DNA from: Alphaproteobacteria bacterium
GTDB lineage: Bacteria; Pseudomonadota; Alphaproteobacteria; CAAHEQ01; UBA3637
DNA: 54,138 nt
Direction of reading: 5' to 3'
Assembly: GCA_045532865.1 (NCBI GenBank)
Contig: JAZSGT010000045.1
Location: forward strand, 1 to 54,138
Shown: positions 1 through 9,602 of the stretch, one piece after another
Layout of the letters: each line of letters starts with the position of its first letter
Position numbering within the stretch: the first letter of the stretch is position 1
Program-made: the position numbers and the translations under genes
The notes under the pieces: generated by a model
The model's database searches: none
Told to the model about the DNA's origin: nothing
The model's input: the letters and a program-made list of their open reading frames with translations, nothing else

Positions 1-83
1 CCTCCGACTTCCTCAGCCAACGCAGCAACTCATCACCCCCATTACCAACAAACACCACCTTAAACAAATTCATCTTCTAACAA

Positions 84-114
84 AAAAAACGCCTCCATAT
101 CAGAAGCGTTTTTT
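84..114. terminator. Intrinsic terminator-like hairpin downstream of the ankyrin gene
   Basis: aaaaaacgcctc...gaagcgtttttt imperfect inverted repeat with A/T tracts on both sides. Confidence 0.6.
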
Positions 115-144
115 CATCAATCTTATATCAATTAAAAACCGATA

Positions 145-2079
145 TTAAGAACCTTGATTTTGCCTTTCTTGCTCCACCGTTTTTAAATCCACCAAAGGCT
201 TTGCTTTTTGAACAAGCTGAGGCTCTACCTGTCTTTTTCGAACAGCTATCATAAGCATATCATGTATAACCTTTACATTCATATCAAAGCTTTTTTCACT
301 TGCATTATGATAAAGCATTTCTGCATATTTCTGTGGCGTCATGTTATATTTGTTTGGCAATAAAGGATCAGCTCCTTTTTCAAGCAAATAAGCAACAACG
401 TCAACATCAATTTTGCTCATAGCATATGTTAAAGGCGTTTTATCTCGATATTCGTCAAAAACATTCACATCAGCCCCGTTAACAACAAGCTCATTAATCA
501 AACTGTTATTTTTTGAATCAATCGCTTTGAATAGCAAATTCCTTCCAGAAGGTAATTGAATGGATTCTTTTGCACCCCAAAAGATAATATGACGTGCAAT
601 ATCCACATTTTTGTAATCCATTGCAATTGAAAGCGCTGTTTGACCATCATTATTTTGCTTGTTGATATCAGCCCCAGCAACATAAAGCTCCCCTGCTGCA
701 TGATAAGCACCACTTTCAGCAGCCACCATCAATGGCGTCCACCCACGCCAATCTTGTTTGTTCACATCAGCACCAGCTTCAATCAACATTTTGGTCATTT
801 TTTGATTTCCAAGCTTGCAAGCTTCCATCAAAGCTGTCCAACCTTGATCATTTGACCTGTCAACAACAGGCTTTTTATCCAACAACAAACCTAAAATTTC
901 AGCATTGCCTGTTTTAACAGCTTCAAGCAATGCCCATTGCCCATATCTATTCGGTTTATCAATGAACAATCCATTATCGACTGCTCTTTTCACAATATGA
1001 GGATTTTTTGTATGAATAACAGTAACAATGCGTGGATAAGAATCTTGTTGATTATATTTTTCTTTTGCACCAAGAGAAAAGAAATAATCCATAATCATTT
1101 CTGAATCTGTTTGAATAGCTTCCCCCATATACCTGTCGGCAGCATCTTTTGAAGTGATTAATTTTTGAATCAGATACAAATTTTTTGAAGCAATCGCCTC
1201 TCGATCAACATCTTTCATAGCTCCTTGATTATGACGCAACCTGTTAAACCCTTTTTCAAGCAAATAATCAACCATATTGACATCGCCTTGTTTAACAGCA
1301 TATTTCATCAATGAATTATGCTTTTCATCTGACACATTCACATCAACGCCCAAATTAATCATATGTCTCACAAGGGGGAACAGACCTCTTTCAGCAGCCA
1401 TAAAAACACCCAAATTTCCATATCTATCATATGCCATTGGATGTGCCCCTTTTTCCAACATTTTTTTGGCTCGATCCATATCATTTTCACAAATGGCAAC
1501 AATGAAATACTGACTCAAATTAATTTTTTCAGACAAATATTCGGATAATGTATCATGCCCCATATAATTTGAAATCATCAATGCATTATTACCATCTTCA
1601 TTGGTGTGAAGAACGTTAGCCCCTTGCTCAATTAAAGATTTAACCGTTTCAAAATCCCCCTCTTTTGCAGCTTTAAGCAAACTTTCCCCTAAAAAAACTT
1701 GCGTTGACATATCCCATAACGGTCTTAAATTTTTAGGTCTTGGATTTTTCATAGCCTCTTGCACTTTTTTTAAGCTTGCCCTAAATTCAGCTTTTTTTTC
1801 TGGATCTTCAAGCGTGTCAATTTTATCTTCAATTACTGTTAAAACTGTTTGACCTTGATTATTTTTAATTGAAAGATCAGCTCCATAATAAACAAGCACA
1901 TCCAACACATTTAAAAAACCCAATTTGCAAGCTTTTATTGCTGGTGTATTCCCATTTGATGCTTTTGCATTGATATCTGCCCCACGATTTATTGTCCCAA
2001 TAACCCAAGGCAAATCAGCATATGAAACGGCACTAGATAACTCCATATTCAAATGCTTTAAATTTAAACTTTCTCGCAT
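145..2079 (-). CDS. Ankyrin repeat protein (644 aa)
   Basis: Many G-x-T-[PA]-L...A...G...LL..GAD[VI]N repeats (GNTPAIKAC, GWTALMEAC, GWTPLMVAA, GQTALSIA, KTPLTYA); AGGAG RBS upstream. Confidence 0.95.
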   Translation of the reverse strand: MRESLNLKHLNMELSSAVSYADLPWVIGTINRGADINAKASNGNTPAIKACKLGFLNVLDVLVYYGADLSIKNNQGQTVLTVIEDKIDTLEDPEKKAEFRASLKKVQEAMKNPRPKNLRPLWDMSTQVFLGESLLKAAKEGDFETVKSLIEQGANVLHTNEDGNNALMISNYMGHDTLSEYLSEKINLSQYFIVAICENDMDRAKKMLEKGAHPMAYDRYGNLGVFMAAERGLFPLVRHMINLGVDVNVSDEKHNSLMKYAVKQGDVNMVDYLLEKGFNRLRHNQGAMKDVDREAIASKNLYLIQKLITSKDAADRYMGEAIQTDSEMIMDYFFSLGAKEKYNQQDSYPRIVTVIHTKNPHIVKRAVDNGLFIDKPNRYGQWALLEAVKTGNAEILGLLLDKKPVVDRSNDQGWTALMEACKLGNQKMTKMLIEAGADVNKQDWRGWTPLMVAAESGAYHAAGELYVAGADINKQNNDGQTALSIAMDYKNVDIARHIIFWGAKESIQLPSGRNLLFKAIDSKNNSLINELVVNGADVNVFDEYRDKTPLTYAMSKIDVDVVAYLLEKGADPLLPNKYNMTPQKYAEMLYHNASEKSFDMNVKVIHDMLMIAVRKRQVEPQLVQKAKPLVDLKTVEQERQNQGS

Positions 2080-2216
2080 ATATTGTCTCCTTTCATTCTT
2101 TGACGTTCATGCGATTTAAACAAGTTGTGTCTATTATTTTATACAAGACACATTTTAATTCACTCTACACCAATTTAAAAGCAATTACAAGGAAAATAAA
2201 CCAAAAAAACAAAAAC

Positions 2217-2257
2217 AAAAAAACACCTTTAAAATCTTTTTTAAAAGTGTTTTTTTA
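2217..2257. terminator. Terminator-like hairpin downstream of the 763 aa gene
   Basis: aaaaaaacaccttt...aaaagtgttttttt inverted repeat with A/T tracts. Confidence 0.5.
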
Positions 2258-2281
2258 TTAAAAATCAAATAGTAAATTCAA

Positions 2282-4573
2282 CTATTTTGTTTTATCTACC
2301 TTCACACGCCACAAAGTGCCGTCAGAATCTGGGTCCCTAATTTCTCCAGCAAGCAAAAATCTGTCAGAAGTATTTAGCAAACGCTGTGTTGTTCCAGAAG
2401 AATCGGTAAAAGTTGTTACCGTTCCTGCAACTTGCCCGTTTGAAGAATGATTAAGTCCCACATAGACATCTTTATCCGTATTTCCCTGATTATTATTGGT
2501 TGAATTTGAATTACCTGAATTGCTTGAATTACTTGAATTATTTAAAATGCCAGCCAACAAATCAGCCAAATCTGAATTGGTGTTTGATGAAGTCCCCGTT
2601 GATGTGTTTGTATTTGTTGAAGAAGAGCTAGAAGATGTTGTCGACTTATCATCATCTTTAAAATATTCAGAAATCTTATTTTTCAAGAAATAAGCCCCAT
2701 AAGCAACACCCCCAACAATGGCAGCATCTTTAAGCCAGCCAAACAATTCTGTACCAGCTTTTCCCCATTCTCCTTCAAGAACATATCCAATGGTTTTAAA
2801 AAGACCTGCAATACAGTTTCCAATCATTTTAAGAAACTTGGAAATAAGAGAAATTGGTATCATATTTGCCAATGAATCAAATGCACCATTAATCCAGTTT
2901 CCTGCTGAAAGGAAAAAGTTTTTATCATCATCAGCTGTGGTTGTTGTTCCCGTACCTGCAACACCAATGATTTGACCATTTACACCCATTTGACCAATCA
3001 CTTGACCATTCGCACCCACAATAAAACCATTTTGCCCAACTTGTCCTATCAATTGCCCATTTGTGCCAAGAATCTGCCCATTTTTTCCAACTTGTCCCAT
3101 CAGTTGTCCATTTGTGCCAAAAATCTGTCCGTTTTGCCCAACTTGTCCAATTACTGGACCACTAATACCCATAGGCTGACCATTCGCACCTAATCCAGCT
3201 TGAACATTTGTTGGCTGTTGAGGGAACATAGCATCATGCCACTTTTTCATATCAGGATCAACATACCCACGTTCAGCATCAGCCTTCATAATCCCCAATG
3301 CCGCTGCATGAAATTGCGTTTCATTTAACTTAAATGTTGAAACAGAAGATGCCACTGCAACTGAAGAAGGGTCTTCCCCCCTGCGTACATAAGCATTTCC
3401 TTGTTTGTTCAACTGATAATAAAGGGGAGAAAATGGCTCACCAGCATTCCCCGTTACCAGCAATTTAAATCCGCCATGCACATCCCGTTTTCCTCTGATA
3501 AAGGCACGCACAGCCTCCACCTGTTCAGCTGACAAAACAACCATAGAATTGGTATTTGTCCCAGGGATAATAAAATTCACCTTCAAACTTGCATTATGTG
3601 GTGTATGAGGTGTAAATGCTGGCGCTGTTTGGTTAACATTTTGCTCAAAGGTTGTAGCTCCTTGTTGATAACGAGCCATCATATGTTGTTGAAAGGGTGT
3701 GTTTACCTGCCCTGCTTGGCGCTCTAATTCATATATTTTTTGAAGAGCTGCATGGTATTGAGAATTTGTTAACGTAAAAGCCGTATTTGCAAAAGAAAGA
3801 CGTTGTTTTGCCCCAGTTCCTTTTCTTCTATAATCACTACCCACAACTTCATCAGGCTCATAATAAAGGTTTGATAAAGCCGTGCTATCTGCATCTTCAA
3901 CAACTTTTAATTTAAAACCATTTTCAGCATCCATTTCGCCCAAGGCAAAAGCACGAACCATTTTAACTTGATCTGAATTTAAAAAGATTCTACCCTCAGT
4001 CCCATCTTGATTTCTATATGTTATCAACAACGCATCCCCTCGAACAACAGGCCTTGTTGTTGATGTTGTTGTAGCCGGTCTTGTTGTTGATGTTGGTGAA
4101 GCCGGTCTTGTTGTTGATGTTGGTGTAGGCGCAGCTTTTCTATTTTGAGATGCCGGCGTTGTTGTTCTCCCCACTTCTTCGGTTTCTGGTGTAGCAACAG
4201 TTTCTTCAGGTGCTGGGGTTGTTTCACTTTCCTGTGTGGGTTGTTCACTGTTTTTATAAACAAGACGTCCATCTTCTGCAACAGTTGGCATACCTCTTTC
4301 TCGAAGAACAGCTTCCCCCTCACGCTGAACCGTGTCAACCACAGCTTCAGCTGTATCAATCTTATCTCCAACCCATGTACCATCAACCATGCCACGTGTC
4401 GTGCCACGCACATATTTTCCAGCTTTTGAGTCCCACAGCCAAGAAACACCCGAACCAATACCATCTAAAGTGGCAGTCCATCCTTTTTTTAAATAATCGA
4501 CACCTGTTCCAAATATACCTTGAACTGCATGTCCATGATCTCTGCCTGTGTCATATTCATCTGTATCTTTCAT
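2282..4573 (-). CDS. Hypothetical modular protein: internally duplicated ~100 aa domain, Gly/Gln repeats, hydrophobic C-terminal segment
   Basis: 763 aa ORF; the duplication and repeats are visible in the translation; no family recognised. Confidence 0.85.
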   Translation of the reverse strand: MKDTDEYDTGRDHGHAVQGIFGTGVDYLKKGWTATLDGIGSGVSWLWDSKAGKYVRGTTRGMVDGTWVGDKIDTAEAVVDTVQREGEAVLRERGMPTVAEDGRLVYKNSEQPTQESETTPAPEETVATPETEEVGRTTTPASQNRKAAPTPTSTTRPASPTSTTRPATTTSTTRPVVRGDALLITYRNQDGTEGRIFLNSDQVKMVRAFALGEMDAENGFKLKVVEDADSTALSNLYYEPDEVVGSDYRRKGTGAKQRLSFANTAFTLTNSQYHAALQKIYELERQAGQVNTPFQQHMMARYQQGATTFEQNVNQTAPAFTPHTPHNASLKVNFIIPGTNTNSMVVLSAEQVEAVRAFIRGKRDVHGGFKLLVTGNAGEPFSPLYYQLNKQGNAYVRRGEDPSSVAVASSVSTFKLNETQFHAAALGIMKADAERGYVDPDMKKWHDAMFPQQPTNVQAGLGANGQPMGISGPVIGQVGQNGQIFGTNGQLMGQVGKNGQILGTNGQLIGQVGQNGFIVGANGQVIGQMGVNGQIIGVAGTGTTTTADDDKNFFLSAGNWINGAFDSLANMIPISLISKFLKMIGNCIAGLFKTIGYVLEGEWGKAGTELFGWLKDAAIVGGVAYGAYFLKNKISEYFKDDDKSTTSSSSSSTNTNTSTGTSSNTNSDLADLLAGILNNSSNSSNSGNSNSTNNNQGNTDKDVYVGLNHSSNGQVAGTVTTFTDSSGTTQRLLNTSDRFLLAGEIRDPDSDGTLWRVKVDKTK
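2963..3148 (-). repeat. Intragenic 51-bp (17 aa) tandem repeat, ~3.7 copies
   Basis: GQVGQNGQIFGTNGQLM / GQVGKNGQILGTNGQLI / GQVGQNGFIVGANGQVI / GQMGVNGQIIG. Confidence 0.9.
4050..4130 (-). repeat. Intragenic 27-bp tandem repeat x3 encoding PTSTTRPAS-like units
   Basis: gg[ct]cttgttgttgatgttg... units at 4050, 4077 and 4104. Confidence 0.9.
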
Positions 4574-4715
4574 TTCTTTACCCTTTCCTCTTTTTTTATA
4601 GTATAACTTGGATTTTTATTTTCGTCAATAAAATAAAAACACATGCATGTACTGTTTGACAGATAAAGGCTTTTCTGGTATAATAGTTCTATATTTATAA
4701 GCAAAAGGATAAAAA

Positions 4716-6632
4716 ATGAATCAACAAACAAATCTAGGAACAGCAAATACATCACAAATATTCAATGCTGCTCAAGCTGTTTCTTATCAACAGCACGTTT
4801 ATTCGGATACAGAACTTGAAGAACAACTTTCAAGAATGTTCTTTTATTTTCGCCATTTTGAAACACTATGGGAATCTTCACATAAATTACGCACAAAAAA
4901 AGATAAAGAAATAAAAAACATTAAAAATGACAATCAAAAAAATGAACATTTTGAAGTTATTGTTTTTGAAGACGGGGAAAAGCCCAAAAAAAACAAAGCC
5001 CATTCAGTAGGAAGAATTAATTTATTTACAACACAAAACCCTCTTGATTCAAACGTGAGCAAACATTTAAGGTTGTATATTTCTCCTTTTCCATTTGACA
5101 CAAGCGAAAGTTTTGTTCAACAAATCAATCACAATCGCACTGATTTGCTTTTATCAACCGAAATAGATGAAACAGACAAACAACCCCTTATTTGGATTTC
5201 TAACAAAATTGCATTGCGCCCTAAAAAGCCCATCACCGTTTCAATGGATGAATATGTGAGCCAATCTCCTGATATTTTAAAAGAGTTGGAATATAAGGTA
5301 TACTTAGCCTCGTTGGAAAGCAAATCAAAAGAGCTTAACCAATCAAACACTCAAAACGCCATTTCAAACAATTATACTGAAATGATATTGAAAGAAAGGC
5401 TTCATCCTGTTGAAAGCGCCTTTGCACTGGCTGTTGAATCTTTAGCGCAAAGTTGTCATAAATTTATGGTCAACAAATTTGGCATTAAAGACAATCTCGT
5501 TAGTTGTGAAAGTTGCTTTCAACAGCTTTTTGATCAAGATTTAATCAACAAAAAAGAACTCAATACCCTTTTGGAATTTGCTCATTTAAGAAACAAAATT
5601 TCACATCCTGGGGAACACAACTTTTCAGCCATTAGCATCCCTAAAAAAACACAGGATGATTTGTTTGCTATTACAACCAGAATTCTTACAAAATTGGATG
5701 ATCAAAATTTAACCCACAAAATTCGCACACAAATCAAACAAAAAAGAGATGATATCATCAAAAAAAGAGGGATTAAAATCAAAATCAATCCTTTTGGTAT
5801 AAAAAAAGAAACAGTCGTACAACCAAAACACGCACAAATGAAAGATGACTTTCTTTACTGTGTGCACAACATTCCTAAAAAACCAACTCTTTTAAACATT
5901 AGAACACTGGCTTCTTATCTTGATATTTTATCAGGTCTTGGGGCTCTTCTAACAAAACAACGCATCAAAGATGGGGTTGAAAAAAAAGAACACCCGCCAT
6001 TTAAAACACTTCAACGGGCTGGGATTTTAAAAAAATTGGCTACACTTATTCAAAAAAGTGATCCTAAATATGCCCAAAAAGCTGAACGTGCCATTATTCA
6101 AGAAATTTCCGAACAACTCAAAGAGGCCCGTCTGTTTAGAAATACCTTTTCTCATGGCAAGTTAACAACTCAAGAACTTAAAGATTTTGACATTAAAAAT
6201 GCTGAACATGTCAACAAAATAAAACCTATTTTTCAATTTATTGTTTCAACATTCATTCAAGATTATTTCGATTTGTGGAAACAGTTCTTAAAAAACCCAA
6301 TCAACCCACGTGACCATGAAGGCAAACCAATTGTCAGAATTCCACAAACATGCTCTCCATTAACAAGTTCTGCCTACTTTTTAGAGAGCAAAAATCCCCT
6401 TAACACAAACGGTGTTTTTATTGATAAAGAAACGCTTTGCTCCACAAACTTATCCAAACTTGTTGTCTTTAATCAAATTGTAAATTCACAACAAGAAAAT
6501 TTAAATTCAACCAATTTTCAAAGCACAAGGTCATCAACCTCAAGCACAGAACAACAAACAAAAAATATGGCTGACAAAAAAAATTCTATTTTGAAAAAGA
6601 AAATTCAAAACAGTATCAACGAGAATAATTAA
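4716..6632 (+). CDS. Hypothetical protein with two HEPN-like RxxxxH motifs (putative RNase)
   Basis: 638 aa ORF with AAGGA RBS; LRNKISH (R292) and FRNTFSH (R475), each preceded by a helical segment typical of HEPN. Confidence 0.7.
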   Translation: MNQQTNLGTANTSQIFNAAQAVSYQQHVYSDTELEEQLSRMFFYFRHFETLWESSHKLRTKKDKEIKNIKNDNQKNEHFEVIVFEDGEKPKKNKAHSVGRINLFTTQNPLDSNVSKHLRLYISPFPFDTSESFVQQINHNRTDLLLSTEIDETDKQPLIWISNKIALRPKKPITVSMDEYVSQSPDILKELEYKVYLASLESKSKELNQSNTQNAISNNYTEMILKERLHPVESAFALAVESLAQSCHKFMVNKFGIKDNLVSCESCFQQLFDQDLINKKELNTLLEFAHLRNKISHPGEHNFSAISIPKKTQDDLFAITTRILTKLDDQNLTHKIRTQIKQKRDDIIKKRGIKIKINPFGIKKETVVQPKHAQMKDDFLYCVHNIPKKPTLLNIRTLASYLDILSGLGALLTKQRIKDGVEKKEHPPFKTLQRAGILKKLATLIQKSDPKYAQKAERAIIQEISEQLKEARLFRNTFSHGKLTTQELKDFDIKNAEHVNKIKPIFQFIVSTFIQDYFDLWKQFLKNPINPRDHEGKPIVRIPQTCSPLTSSAYFLESKNPLNTNGVFIDKETLCSTNLSKLVVFNQIVNSQQENLNSTNFQSTRSSTSSTEQQTKNMADKKNSILKKKIQNSINENN

Positions 6633-6649
6633 AAAAACAGATTTATTCT

Positions 6650-7414
6650 TTAATTTTTCACAAACTCATTGAGTGAAATTGGGTGAGGTAAAAGTTGCCA
6701 TTTTTCATCATAAGGAAAATGCGTTTTAATCATTTCTTTTGGTTTAATATTGAAAAATCTTTTATCAATAGCTGTATTTTTTCGTTTGAGTTTTTTTGAT
6801 TGATTTTGTTTCAAAATTTTTTCCATCTGGCGAACTGATGAAACAGATTTATAAGCTGATTTTTCTCCTTTTATCATCCAATACGTGTCTACCAAAATCC
6901 ATTTACCATTCACTTGAACCACATTCCAAGCACTGTGGTATCTTTCAAGTGAAGAATCAATTTTTCCCGTCACCATTTCAAATGCTTGTTTAATAGCTTT
7001 TTGTTCGTGTCTAACCACATTATAAGCTTTAATATTTTTACCAGCATACCCCTCAACAACAACCGCATTCAACCCCACAGCCTCACACAATTGTTTGTAT
7101 AATTGTGCAAAAGCAATACTATCCCCTACTTTTGTTTGAAATAAATCATTTTTATAAGGTTTTTCATACACCTTATTTTTCTTTGCTGCTTTTAATTTTT
7201 CTTTTTCATAAAAACCATCTCTTTCAAAATGCGTTGCAACAAATTCAGCTAACTTTTTTGCTTTTATAAGCTCACTATCATTTTTCAAGACTAAAGAAGT
7301 TGCAATTTCTTGCACATTTGAATAGAGCTCTTTTTGCCCATCTTGTTCAGCCAAAATATCAGCACTTACAAAACAAAGACAAATAAAAAAAAGAAAATAA
7401 ATTAAAAAGCGCAT
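6650..7414 (-). CDS. Secreted transglutaminase-like domain protein, probably inactive
   Basis: Signal peptide; FAQLYKQLCEAVGL..VVVEGY, AWNVVQVNGKWILVDTYW and THFP...KWQLL motifs. Confidence 0.8.
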   Translation of the reverse strand: MRFLIYFLFFICLCFVSADILAEQDGQKELYSNVQEIATSLVLKNDSELIKAKKLAEFVATHFERDGFYEKEKLKAAKKNKVYEKPYKNDLFQTKVGDSIAFAQLYKQLCEAVGLNAVVVEGYAGKNIKAYNVVRHEQKAIKQAFEMVTGKIDSSLERYHSAWNVVQVNGKWILVDTYWMIKGEKSAYKSVSSVRQMEKILKQNQSKKLKRKNTAIDKRFFNIKPKEMIKTHFPYDEKWQLLPHPISLNEFVKN

Positions 7415-7605
7415 GTTCCCTCCTTATTTTTTTTCTTAGCAAAAAAACAAAAATAAGTCAAGTTAAGCAAAAATCCTATCCTTCTTATAAAAGAATAAAA
7501 CAAACAACTTAAATGTTTTAAACAATCTAAAAAAAAAGACTTGTCTTTTTAATAAAAAAAGATGATACTACATTTACACGTGATAAAAAAAAGGGGATCC
7601 GTTTA

Positions 7606-9078
7606 ATGCATAAAAATGTCAAATCATTGGTAAAATTAGCCATTGTTGGCGCCATCTGGGGTGTGGTTTATTTTTTATACGTTGTACCTTCTCTCAGCGT
7701 ATTGTTTCAATTTGATTTTCTTTCATCTGAAGCCTGGCATGAAAAATGGCTTGCTTTTGAAAATTACAACTGGCGCATTCGCAAATTACCAGACGTATTA
7801 TTGTTTTTGATGATGCTTCTTTGGATTCCACTTTTTGTTTTGGGTTGGCTTTTATTTTATAAAGTTCGTTGGATGGCACTTCGCATTAAACCAAAGCCAA
7901 AAACAGTTGTTAAACGAGCATTGGATTTAAAGAAAGACAAACCATTATACGCAAAACCACGGGCCATGCCTTCTGCCGTTCAAGCAACAAAATACATTGC
8001 ACCAAAATTACCAGGCCAAGAGGAAGAAGCTCAAAAACAAACCACAAATAAGAGCCATAAAAATGTCCTTCAAATGATTAAACAAATGGCTGTGGTTGCC
8101 CGTAAATATAAGGTTGAAATCTTCCAACACATTTTGCTTGAAGGACACAAAGTCCCAATGGCAATTTCAACAGCAGCAAGAGCCATGATGATTGAAATTG
8201 TCAATCGCAAAGATGTGAACTGGTCTATTGATTTTAACGATGATATTTTAGCAAGTACATGGTATTCAGAAGGTGGCATGATGGAACGCTTGGCTGAAGA
8301 TTTAATCAAAGCATCTGAAGCGCTTGCAAAAGCTGAGCCAGGCTCTGAAGTTATCAAAGCTATTTGTGTTACAGATGGTCGTATTTTAAATGCCAAACCA
8401 ACGGTTGAATATTTTAAAAATCACAACATTCATTTGCTTGTTTTCAACAATGGTCAACCTCAAGGAGATATTTTAGACTTTGCTTCTTTCTTAAGCGCTT
8501 ATTTTGACTTAAAAGAAGGGGAAGCAGACCCTGCTCTTGTTAAACTTGACAAAGTACCCGTAGGTTCTGCTCAAACACAGACACCTCCTCAAAGTTCTTT
8601 ACCCCCACAACCAAACAGTGAACCTCAATTTACAAGTGATGTGGATGCACCTCCTATTGATGATGAATTATTCATTGATGATTTAGAGGTTGACGAAACA
8701 AATGATACAATTGAAGATGATTTCAATTTAGATGATGTGCCAGATATTGACACAGATGATTTTGAAATACCTTTGATTGATGAAGATGGATTTGTCATAG
8801 ATGGAGAAGGAAATGACACAAAAAATGAACAAGAATTTGAAGAAAGCAGTCAAAATGTATCGCCAGTCGGTGAACACACAGCTCAAGAACCTGAAAAAGA
8901 GAACCAAAATAGCACAGAAGATCAAAAGGGCTCAGGCAAGGGCAGAAAAACTAAATCGTCTTCTAAGAAAACTAAGTCTAAGCGTAAAACTCGCAAAAAG
9001 ATCTCTTTGCCACGCCAAAAATTAAAAACTGAAGAAGGTGATGAAAATGACTTCATTTTTGCCGTTGCAAAAGGTTAA
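7606..9078 (+). CDS. Hypothetical membrane protein (two N-terminal TM segments, acidic low-complexity region, basic tail)
   Basis: 490 aa ORF with two hydrophobic helices in the first 90 aa. Confidence 0.8.
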   Translation: MHKNVKSLVKLAIVGAIWGVVYFLYVVPSLSVLFQFDFLSSEAWHEKWLAFENYNWRIRKLPDVLLFLMMLLWIPLFVLGWLLFYKVRWMALRIKPKPKTVVKRALDLKKDKPLYAKPRAMPSAVQATKYIAPKLPGQEEEAQKQTTNKSHKNVLQMIKQMAVVARKYKVEIFQHILLEGHKVPMAISTAARAMMIEIVNRKDVNWSIDFNDDILASTWYSEGGMMERLAEDLIKASEALAKAEPGSEVIKAICVTDGRILNAKPTVEYFKNHNIHLLVFNNGQPQGDILDFASFLSAYFDLKEGEADPALVKLDKVPVGSAQTQTPPQSSLPPQPNSEPQFTSDVDAPPIDDELFIDDLEVDETNDTIEDDFNLDDVPDIDTDDFEIPLIDEDGFVIDGEGNDTKNEQEFEESSQNVSPVGEHTAQEPEKENQNSTEDQKGSGKGRKTKSSSKKTKSKRKTRKKISLPRQKLKTEEGDENDFIFAVAKG

Positions 9079-9115
9079 TCTGTTCATTTAAACAAAATAA
9101 CAACTGGATAATTTA

Positions 9116-9589
9116 ATGAAAAATAAAGATTTTTTATATAGCTTAATTGCCACATTTTTCTTTTCTGGCAAATCAAAGGTTGCCCCAGGCACAATGGGCT
9201 CACTTGCCACATTGCCATTGGTTGCACTTGTTTATCCCTTGGGAGGGGGCGCTCTTTTTATCGCCACACTCATCAGCTATTTAATTGGAATTAAAGCAAC
9301 CAAGCACATTTTAGCCACCAGCACCAACAAAGATCCAGGCTTTGTGGTAATTGATGAAACAGCCGGACAATTAACCACCTTTTTGTTCATCGTCTCTTTT
9401 GCCCCTTTAAGCCTTTTAAACTTATTATTAGGTTTTGCATTGTTCCGTTTGTTTGACATTGTCAAAATTTGGCCATGCTCATATTTTGATAAAAAAGTCA
9501 TCGGCGCATTTGGTGTGATGACTGATGATATTTTTGCTGGCATTTATGCTGGAACTGTGCTATTGTTAATCAATCAATTCATTTTTTAA
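9116..9589 (+). CDS. pgpA: Phosphatidylglycerophosphatase A
   Basis: APGTMGSL, DPGFVVIDE, FRLFDIVK.WP and GVMTDD motifs. Confidence 0.95.
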   Translation: MKNKDFLYSLIATFFFSGKSKVAPGTMGSLATLPLVALVYPLGGGALFIATLISYLIGIKATKHILATSTNKDPGFVVIDETAGQLTTFLFIVSFAPLSLLNLLLGFALFRLFDIVKIWPCSYFDKKVIGAFGVMTDDIFAGIYAGTVLLLINQFIF

Positions 9590-9602
9590 AAAGGAGTATC
9601 AC

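Noticed and set aside
1..80. Possible 3' end of a plus-strand gene stopping at TAA 78-80, before the hairpin
   Set aside because: Only 25 codons with no recognisable motif; cannot be supported.
2963..4130. Tandem repeats near the dual-HEPN gene as a possible CRISPR array
   Set aside because: They are in-frame coding repeats (51 and 27 bp) with no unique spacers, so there is no evidence for a type VI CRISPR locus.
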